A stretch of DNA of 64,000 bases, taken from Pseudovirgaria hyperparasitica. Lineage: Eukaryota. Made by a program: the position numbers and the translations under genes. This document shows, in pieces, positions 1-9,370 of this stretch (the first letter of the stretch is position 1; each line of letters starts with the position of its first letter). A model generated the notes under the pieces. It had not been told where the DNA came from. It was given only the letters and a program-made list of their open reading frames with translations, and ran no database searches. The stretch lies in assembly GCA_010093815.1 (NCBI GenBank), contig ML996568.1. One strand, written 5' to 3'.

Positions 1-497
1 CCTCAGATGATCGTAGCTAGACGAGCGGATAGCCGGATATAAGACTCTCCCGTTGGACCTCATATGACGTTCCTGTTAGTCACACAGTAGTTTTATATTC
101 ACAATGAGTGTATGTGATAGCACAGTGAAGGTCAATCAAGGGATATCGGCTCCATTCTGCATGGGTCATCATGATAGGGGGTCATACTGCAAACAGGGGG
201 CTTGCTTTCGATTGTTCACTTCCGGTTCTCCTGTCAAAGGACAATCTTCTGTCTTCCATATCTCTTCCCGAGATTTCTTGCTTCTACACAACTCTCGATT
301 ACGCATCTCCCAAGCATACAAAGAGCATTGATTCTCCTCTAAACCGCAGCTTTTCCAAATTCAGAGGCTCTCAGACAACTTGACACTGTCTACCAATCTG
401 TAAGAAACACAGTTCCCCCACGTTACCTACCCGAGATCTAACGTTCTCAAGTCCACTCATCACACATCTACATCGTAGCCACAAAAATCAGCATACC

Positions 498-1346
498 ATG
501 TCCGATTCCACCCCAACCAAGAAGTCCTCAACCACCTCCTTCTTCACAAACGCATCCTCAGAATTCACCGCCACCCCGCTGAAAACCCAGCCCTCCAGCA
601 GACCGACAAAGAAGCACCCCTCCAATCCCTCCATCTCAACAGACAGCTCCAGCAACTGGGACGGCGAGCGATTCTCCCTCCACGCCCCCGACGGCGGCCC
701 ACCCCAACACCCACCCACCAGCCAACCCCCTCTCCCCCAAACCCACACCACAGAAACCATCCTCACCCCCTGCTCCTCCTCCCTCCCCAAAACCACCACC
801 ATGTGCCCAAACACCCGCAAACCCCCCATCTTCTGCTGCCCCGCCCTCACCCTCCACCGCTCCGACCCAGACACCACCCTCAACAAACCCCTCCTCTCCC
901 CCGACGCCTCCTCCTTCCTCGCCCACGCAGGCGCACACCTCGTCCCAGACCGCGTCCCGCGCAGCACCGGCCTCATCATCCAGCGCAACGCCCACTCCGT
1001 CAAGCCGCTGCTGGCCAGCGAATCGAAGCGACGACCGGTGGAATCGCCGGGCGCGCCGCAGCGCTTCGTCAAGGAAGCTGTGGGCGCGGCGGCAGGGCGG
1101 TGGGTGGAGGTGACGCAGGTAGAGTGGGCCGGGCTGGGGATGGAGATGCTGGGGACGACGGCGGAGGTGCAGTGTGAGGCGCATCAGGAGGCGTGGGAGT
1201 TGACGGTGTTTGGGCGGCCTGGGGAGGAGGAAGGGGTTGGTGGTGTGGGGGTGAGTAGTCGGTCGAGTTCGGAGGAGTCGAGTGAGATTGATCCGGATGA
1301 GGTGGTGGATACGAGTTATTTGACGAGGAGGCCGGTGGGTGGGTAG
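498..1346 (+). CDS. Hypothetical protein (282 aa) with an S/T/P-rich N-terminus and acidic C-terminus
   Basis: Long single ORF with good start context (ataccATG) and strong third-position C bias (5' half) then G bias (3' half). No family recognised. Confidence 0.65.
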   Translation: MSDSTPTKKSSTTSFFTNASSEFTATPLKTQPSSRPTKKHPSNPSISTDSSSNWDGERFSLHAPDGGPPQHPPTSQPPLPQTHTTETILTPCSSSLPKTTTMCPNTRKPPIFCCPALTLHRSDPDTTLNKPLLSPDASSFLAHAGAHLVPDRVPRSTGLIIQRNAHSVKPLLASESKRRPVESPGAPQRFVKEAVGAAAGRWVEVTQVEWAGLGMEMLGTTAEVQCEAHQEAWELTVFGRPGEEEGVGGVGVSSRSSSEESSEIDPDEVVDTSYLTRRPVGG

Positions 1347-1783
1347 GTAGGGGGTTTGGCTAGTGGGTGAGAGGGGGGGTGGTGGTGCGGTGTTGTTTGG
1401 GGGATGAAGAGGTCTGGGGAGGGGGAGAGGGTTTGTTGTTTGTATATTAGATAGAGAGTCTGTTCAATGAGAGGTCATGAGGTGTCATTTCTAGCGATAG
1501 CCGGTGGAGCTTCCTTTGGTTCTACTGCGCTGTGATTATCGTGCTGTCTGTGAATGTAGCATGGAGAAGTCTGTAATGTTGCTATATATAGTATAGTATT
1601 CATAGCTATGACAGGAGAAACTGCTATATCTAGTCTATTGTAAAGGACTCGTATGTTGTATAAGCCTTAGCAGTCTTGATAAGCTATAATCTCTAAGCAA
1701 AAAATTATAACGTATCATCACCTATACCATCTGGTTTGTAATACTATATCCCTCTACCTTTGTCGAAGAAACACCTGGTGCAC

Positions 1784-2100
1784 CTAGGCCAAATCGGGAC
1801 GTATTCCAGTAACAAGGTAATTCATTGATCCAATCAATTGCACGTACGTTAGCTGTCGTTCTTGATCGACAATATCTTCTAATTGCAACGGGAATAGGTT
1901 CGCGTCGACGGGAGTCTTCCAGCCATTATAGTCTTACATTCCGAACCTGCGAAGAACCTTTAAAGCATGTCCTTTTTGGGAGAGTTGAATTTGCCCTTCT
2001 CGCGTTTGGTCGATTTCGATGCCTAAGATCAGACGAGCTTCTCCAAGGTCCTTGCACTTCATGCGTGATGAGACATTTTGGTTGGAAGTTTTGATGTCTG
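1784..2100 (-). mobile_element. Degenerate Ty1/copia retrotransposon fragment (C-terminal part of reverse transcriptase)
   Basis: Manual minus-strand translation from 2062 gives MKCKDLGEARLILGIEIDQTREGQIQLSQKGHALKVLRRFGM*DYNGWKTP...YVQLIGSMNYLVTGIRPDLA*, matching copia RT motifs (KDLG..xxLGIEI, LSQ, RFGM, LIGSLxYL..TRPD). In-frame stops at 1936-1934 and 1786-1784. Flanks are AT/TpA-rich. Confidence 0.85.
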
Positions 2101-2104
2101 AGAG

Positions 2105-2212
2105 CTTATAAAATCCTTATAGTTAGTGGATCATATAAATGTCTCCTATAATTAGACTACATGACTCCTTATAGTTAGCTAATTAGATCAAAGTCTCCGA
2201 TAATTCAACTCT
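2105..2212. repeat. Degenerate AT-rich minisatellite, about 4 copies of a ~25-30 bp unit
   Basis: aaatccttatagttag, atgtctcctataattag, atgactccttatagttag and aagtctccgataattc follow one another. Confidence 0.45.
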
Positions 2213-2312
2213 ATAAATCTCTAGAAAGAATATATTTATACATAACTCAATCGTCTCCTATTATCCATTAAACTAGTAAATGTTCACCAGCAGTAGTGAA
2301 GTATAGAATCAA

Positions 2313-2443
2313 GTGCTTCGTCTAGATGATATAGCTCAATTTACGCTTTTAACACACAACAAAGAAAAAAGTGCGTGCTTAGTCTAAATGATACAGCTCA
2401 ATCTACGCTTCCAACACACAACAAAGAACAAAGTACGCGCTTT
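2313..2443. repeat. Tandem duplication, 2 x 62 bp
   Basis: Unit 1 starts gtgcttcgtctagatgatatagctcaatttacg at 2313; unit 2 starts gtgcttagtctaaatgatacagctcaatctacg at 2375. Most differences are C/T or G/A transitions. Confidence 0.85.
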
Positions 2444-5400
2444 AACCGCAGGAGTATATAACGAAGCTTAACATATAAGCAGTGCAAAACTGCTTTCACG
2501 TACATCACCCAATCATGTCACGCATGCTACAGCTTTAGCCGATCGATGATGAGAATGGTGCATTCCGAACAGCATTCCAAGCAGGATTCCGAACAGCGTT
2601 CGTCATACAGGATGCAGGATGCAGGACATACATCGAGCCTGACCATAACATACGCCAAGACACAGAATCCAAAATGCCGTCTACGAACTTTTTGATCTCT
2701 CGTCTAGATTAGTTATCAGTCAGTATCAGGTGCACGACCGAACAGAGTTGTTGGCTGCACGACTAAGCTCTCCGTCGCAACCAGCCAACATGATCGAGTC
2801 AGTCATTCCCATGCCATGCTGTGCCGTGCCATAATTACCAGTCACTATGCCAGCCTCGATGCGGGGGCGCGGACAAGCGGAGGACGGGGAAGAACAAGAG
2901 CAAGAACAAGAAGCAAGACCAGGGAAGTTGTAGAGTCTGGCGCAGTTCGCGCAGCTGCGCCACAAGCGTGGGAGCGTGGGGGACATGAATGAGTAAGTGA
3001 CGTGGGTAGGGGTTGTGACACCGACAGACTGACAGACTGCCTACCTGCCTACCTGCCTGCCTGCCTGAGTAACTAGGTCACTGACTACGTAAATGACAGA
3101 CAGACAAACAAACAAACAGCATAAAACCTTGCTCTCCAAAGCTAGTATGAATCCCCTCAGATTGTATGTTCTATATAAGCGTGCTGTTTCATGCATTCCA
3201 AGCACATTCCAAGCACACCCCAAGCCCAATACGCCCTTGAAATTGGGGGGTAAGAAAAGAGAGATGATGATGAAGATGTGACGTCGAAATGGTTGCTTCG
3301 GTCTGTTGTCTTGGGTATGTATGGGTGATGTAGTGACATGTCCGTCCGCGACTCTGATACTTCCGGGCCGAGAGAGCGAGAGAGAAAGAGAGAGAGAGGG
3401 AGGGAGGGGTATGTCTGACTATGCTATACGATAATCTCAGCGAGCGTTTCGTTGCGGGAGTTGTTTCGTGCTAGAGGGGGGAGGGGGCACGTATTCGTTT
3501 ATCTCTTTTTTTTGCTTTGGGAGTTTGTTTGAGAGTGTGAGAGGAAGGGGATGGAGGGTGGGCTGTGGTTGTGGTTTGTGGTGGTTTGTGTTTGTGACGT
3601 GAGGATGCTACTGTCAAAGTGCCAGAAACACAACGCCAACACCAAACTCCATCCCAATTCCGCAGTCCCGCAGTCCCACACTCCAGAGCCATACAGGACT
3701 ATCCCAAATCCCATATCCACCCTCCCAGCATTCCGCAAGTCACGTGTCCAGCACAGCAAAGCACAGCCCATCCAACCCAACGCTACACCTCCCATCACCA
3801 CCCCCCCAGCGTATAAAACGAGCGATATTACCAACCAACGCTCAGACTGTTTGAGATGAGATCACGGGGGTGAATGCAATGATGATGGCGAGTGAGAGAT
3901 AGAGTGTCCAGTAGCCAGCCAGCCAGCCAGCTAGTATGAAAGGAGTTAGCACGGGTGAAGAAGAGTGAGGATTTGACTTTTGTCGTGGGAAACGTAAATA
4001 GATGAGTGTGAGGTATGATAGGTAGGTGTATGCATGTCATGTTGGCTTTGAGTGTGCTAGGAGAGAGAGGGGGGTATGAGAGTCCTGACGTCGACCGTAA
4101 TAGCAGCAACAAGAAGCAGCATGGTGCGCATCGTCCTCGATGTCTGTCCCGTAACGGGCCGTCTCGCCGTTCGCATAGATCAGAAAGGGAAACGCGGAGA
4201 GAGGGAGGAGGAGTTCGGGGGCCGCAGTGTTTCATCTCCCATAAAGAACGCAAATATCCATCCCATCTCATTCATCCACCCATCCCGTAAGACGCCTCCC
4301 CAAGAAACGCTCCGAAAATAGAAAAAGCTAGAGAATACGACGACAAGAAATAGAATGGCATTGTAGTAGGCCATGGCCAGCATCTCAAACCGAGCTTGCG
4401 CCACACTGGCTCCAGTGCGGGTGGTGGTGGTGGTGGCGGCGGCGGTATATGATTTCGCGAGGGGTATCTATCACATACAGTATGAGACGCGAGACGAGAG
4501 ACATGAGACATGAGACATGAGAACATGAAACAACGAAACAGCGAAACAACGAAACCACGCATTTGCAATGCTGGAGAGAGGTCCGTTGACGAACGCGCTA
4601 GTCCGCTTTCGAGCAACCGGGCTGTCTAACGGGAGTGCACGTGACGGCTATAAATATGACCTCTAATTACACCACGGACAAGCCTCACGCCTCTCCTTCG
4701 ACAGGCCGTTGAAACGAAACCAACAGGATAGCAGTGACAATAATAACAATAGAATGAGTCGTTTCTTATGCTTATACCTATTCTTACTTCGGTCTCCGTG
4801 ATTGCATTGACAGATAGTCCGTCCGTCCGTCCATCCATCCATCCATGCCTCCTCCGCACAGCACAGCCCGTCCATTCGGTCCGCCTGTATTCCCCCTCCC
4901 CCTCCCCCTCCCCGCCTGCCAGCCAGCCCAGCCAGCCAGCCCAGCCGCCAAGCCACACGCGGCGCGACCGACCTCAAACACACGCAAACGCAACGCCCGT
5001 CCAGACAAACAGACAGACACCCAATGCATATCCATATGTCATATACCCACACTCATATCCACAATGCATATCCACATCCACATCCATAACCCATCCGCAG
5101 GCCAAGCACCCCATTCCAGCATCGTCATGGAAGCAATTGCGACAGATGAAGGGCGCCAGCACAGCACAGCATAGCACGGCACGGCAGCCCCGCCGCGAGC
5201 CAATGCATGAGTTCTCCACACTACACGGTACTGTACCGCGAGGACGGCGAGGTCTGTTTGGGATTATGATGGTAGATGGATGGATGGATGGATGGATGGA
5301 TACATAGATGGATAGGTAGAGAGGTACACCAGTCCCACATATACACACGTAGTTACTGTATGTATCATGCACAACCACAACCACAACCACCACCACCAAC

Positions 5401-8309
5401 CCACGTTCCAGCTTCCGAAATCATGATTTGCACAATTCAAAAAAAGGCTGATATGAAAAGTAAGGGAGGTCCCAGGTCCAGGTACCCGCTGCTAGAAAAC
5501 GCCACTGCAAAACGGTGCTGCAGGACGGTCAGGACAGACGCCCAACGCCTTTTGCCCGACGGCCCAAGTCCACACCCACATCCACGCACGCACGCACGCC
5601 CATGTCGACGTCGACGTCGACATGGACATCGACATGGCATTAGGCAGAGATAAAAGGGTAAAATGTCGTCAACACAGCTTCGACGAAACCTGTATTTTAC
5701 GTTCCTGAGTGCTTGTCCATGCCGTGCCCTGTTCCGTCCTGCACTGCGTTGCCCTGCCCGGCCCTGCCCTGCCCTGCCCTGCCCTGCCCTGCATCCGTAC
5801 ACCATTCCACACATCCATCCATCCATCCATCCATACTAATTAGACAGATAGACAAGCGGATAGACGGGGCAGCGCGCCGCTGTCGAAGTGGTCGTGCAAT
5901 GCAGTACAGTGTATGATAGAGTCAGTCGTCAGGGCAGCACCCCCGGCCCGACTCTAGGTCTCATCGCCTCATTATTTTAGACTTTTTCTCCCCTCTTTTT
6001 TAAAGGGTCCCACCATCCCGGACATTGGGGGGATCCCAGGCAAAAAAGGCATGTTGTATGTGTGTAAGTGACGACATAATCATGAGATTAAATGGGCATC
6101 CATCATCCATGGGCCGCCGTGTCTGTGCTTCTGGGGGACCCTCATTCTCTCGCTCTCTCTCTCGGAGATCGGAAACATGCCATGCTCCATACCATGCTCC
6201 ATGGCATATAGATTAGATCTTCTGCTTCTGCTTCTGCTGTCTGGTGCTTTTGTGGGTAATGATTAATGGAGATGGAGGGTGTTTTGTCTTGTTTGATGCG
6301 CACCAGGAGGGGGAGTGGTTACTGTGGATTCACTGGGAATGGATATGCATCGCGTTATCGCGTACCCGATGTTTTCCTGCGTTGATGTGTTGTTGTTGTT
6401 GTTGTTGCTGCTTTCTGACGATCTACACGATGAGACCGTTGGGGAGACTAGAACTACTACCACCTGGCAGTAGGTAGCTCCCGCGTCCAGGCAACAAGGC
6501 AGACACGCACGACGTCACCACCCAAACTTCCAAAGCCTAGACCGCGCCTTCCTTTTTGCGATCGACAACCGGGCAATAAACAGCACCCTACCTTACCCCA
6601 GCTAGTCTCGCCAAATTGGGGAGCTACCCTTGCCCTGCTTCCTGCTTCCTGCTCCCCCTGCTCCTGCCTGTCCAGCCAACCAGCCCAGCCAACCAGCCAA
6701 CCAACCAAGTAATGCCAATTCAACAATCAATCAACAAATAATAAATGATGATAACATCAAATAGCCTCAGGCCAGCTTTGCTCTCCCGTGCTGCAGGGAT
6801 GGAGGGAGGTCCATTTATCCATGCTTGCAGTGAGTCTACTACGGAAACATGGCTGCGTCATCGTCGTCCATCTGTCCATCTGTCCCAGCTCCAGGTCAGC
6901 ACATGCCTGCATGCCATGCCATGCGTCCGAGATCCAGTTGTCCCCTTTGTTTTGCTGCTGTTGTTTTTGTTGTTTCTTGTCCCACGCCTCGCCTTCGTTC
7001 TCGATCGTGCTCCATATATAGAAGTGGATGATGACAGCTCCGCTCAGCTCCAGCTCCAGCCATGTGCCTGAAGAGCGAATCTTTGTCCATGGATTATCCG
7101 TCTGTGAATATCAATCAAAGTATCGAGTTCAAGCATCAAGCATCAATCAACTACGATCTCACCCTAACGCATCAAACCATCAACCATCGAGCCTCGATCT
7201 CAAGACTCAATCGATCAAGCACGAGCACACTGCACTGCACAGTCCCATCCATTCCCATATTCTATCCTCAACAACATGACGCGTCCACACAGCTCCCAAG
7301 AAAAAAAAAAGAAGAAGAAATCAATAGCAAGCAACAAACCATAACAGATCGTAATACCTGTCGTCATGTCATGCCGTCTCACCACCAACACATCTAGAAC
7401 CAGCCTAGAACCCACCTGCCTAGCTTCCTACCTACTGACCTAGTTTCGTACCTAGTGTCCGATGGATGGGATAGATGGTCGGAATAATTGATTAGATGGA
7501 TGATCGGCGCAACTTGGAACCAACAAGCCCAAGGACCGTTTCCTGTCTGTTCTGTGAGGCGAGGCGCACAGACCATTCTACTAATTATGTGCAACGGTCG
7601 TGCGCGCGTGCCCGAGGGAAGGAGCTCTCCGTTCTCAGCTCCTCCCAGGTAAGCTATGGATCCATCCACCTCCTGACTCACGCTTTGACTCACGTCCTAC
7701 TCCGTCTGATCGGGCGTTACGTGACTTCCAAACATTCAAGGGAAATGGCAAAAAGTCACCATGCACAAGCACTATCATGTAGAGTAATAGTAAGAGGCAT
7801 TTGGGGATTGATATTGACGTTGACGGCTGGGAGAGCTACCTAATTCGTGCCTTGTGCGCGCTACATGCCCACCACTATGTCCTCCTCTGCTTCTTCTTCT
7901 TCGTCGTCTTCTTCTGATCCTGCAAGTCCTGCTACTGCATCATCACCATCATGTTGCCTGCAGGCAGAATCCATCCCTCGTCATCGCTTCTCCAAGCTTT
8001 CTCCACTCTCCCATCCTGGCATGCGTAGCTCGACACCATCTCGTGGAGCGCAACGCCGTCCCTTTACTCATACATGTATTCATTCATTCATTCATAACTC
8101 ATCCATCTCCCATCGACCACCATCTTCGTCCACCAAGACAGCCATGTTTTTGGGTGTTTGTTTGTTACAAAACCGAAACTTCCTTCCTTTTCAGGGGTGG
8201 GGGGTCTGGGGCATAGAACCGTGCAATTGCGTGCCGTGACTGTAGATCGACGTGTGTATGATGCATCATAATACGCTTAAGAGAGAACAAAAAGACGTCC
8301 GGCTGTGCT

Positions 8310-9017
8310 TCACCGGTGGTAGTGGGTGTAGGCTGCTGCGCGGTCGACGGGCTCGCGTACCTCGACGTGGTAGCGGTGGTAGTCCTTGCGCTGCTGGGCG
8401 AGGTCGGCCTCGTAGTGTGAGCCGCGCTTGGAGCTTGCGGGCGTCACCACAGCAGGCACGTGGTAGTCTGGCCAGTCCACCACCTCTCGCGAGTGTCGTC
8501 GCGAGGACTTGTGTGTTTGGGAGATGGAGACGGGCTTCGGCTGCTCGCCCGTGCGTGACTGCACCATGTATGAGCGGTCCATGGAGACAAAGGGGCCACG
8601 GCTGCGGGACCGGAGAGAGCGTTCGATCGCCTTTAGGAGACCTCGTGTCTCGTCAAAGCCAACTGGGATCTCGACACGTACTCGTTGGTAGTCGTCACGT
8701 GTGCTGTAGGTGTCCGAGCCAATGTTGCAGAGGTATGCAGCGACGTCTTGGGCGAACTGATGGCCGGTTGTGCATAGCTGGTGTCCTTGACGGAAGGCCT
8801 CGTATGGCTTGTGGCAGTAGTGGCAGGTTCTGGCATGGTATTCAAAGTGTTCGAGTACAGTGTTTTCGGTTTCGGTGGTAGGGCGGCAGATGCTCTGGAC
8901 AGGGTCCTTGTGAAAGGCAACACCAGCCTTTCGGGGGCTTGGAGCGCGGACTTGGATGACGGCAGGCATTGTGGATGATCTGGAGACTGAGGGCATTCTA
9001 TGTGTGAGAGAGACCAT
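8310..9017 (-). CDS. Hypothetical protein (~235 aa) with a His/Cys cluster
   Basis: Complex, non-repetitive part of ORF 8310..9209. Likely start is ATG 9017 (or 8969). Contains HARTCHYCHKPY...QLCTTGH. A TATA-like element lies ~200 bp upstream. Confidence 0.75.
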   Translation of the reverse strand: MVSLTHRMPSVSRSSTMPAVIQVRAPSPRKAGVAFHKDPVQSICRPTTETENTVLEHFEYHARTCHYCHKPYEAFRQGHQLCTTGHQFAQDVAAYLCNIGSDTYSTRDDYQRVRVEIPVGFDETRGLLKAIERSLRSRSRGPFVSMDRSYMVQSRTGEQPKPVSISQTHKSSRRHSREVVDWPDYHVPAVVTPASSKRGSHYEADLAQQRKDYHRYHVEVREPVDRAAAYTHYHR

Positions 9018-9220
9018 GCGGTAGTCAATTGGTAGGCGGGAGGGTGGTGAGGTCGACAGTGGAGTGGTGGATGGTATAGCCGTGTGTTGGATTGGTATTG
9101 TTCTTGTTGTTCTTGTTGTCGAAGTTGATTGAAGAGTAGAAAGAGGAATTGACGAGAGATGGGAGAGTGGAGGGAGATATATAGGGGAGAGGGAGTGGAG
9201 GGGGGACAAGGAAGCTCACG

Positions 9221-9370
9221 ATATATATAAAGAGTAAAAGAGTTGAGGCCTGGCCCTTGTCCCAAGTCGCGTCTCCTTAGCGTGGTTGCCTGTCGACGGG
9301 TGGAGCCCTGGGAAGCCCTGGGGAGCCCTGAAGCCTTGGGGGGGAGCGCTGGGTCGCCGGTGGAGGCTGC
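9221..9370 (-). promoter_or_regulatory. Putative core promoter: TATATATA plus a tandem array of GAGCCCTG-like motifs
   Basis: Plus strand atatatataa at 9221-9230; ggagccctg/gaagccctg/ggagccctg/gaagccttg at 9302-9338. Confidence 0.35.

Noticed and set aside
1825..2094. 89-aa plus-strand ORF
   Set aside because: It is the antisense shadow of the copia RT relic.
5600..5625. Perfect 26-bp palindrome ccatgtcgacgtcgacgtcgacatgg
   Set aside because: Largely explained by three copies of the self-complementary hexamer GTCGAC in an SSR-rich area.
2700..8250. Many overlapping 60-180 aa ORFs
   Set aside because: Their translations reflect SSRs (WMDGWMDG, PCPALPC, GRAGQ) with no coherent protein signal.
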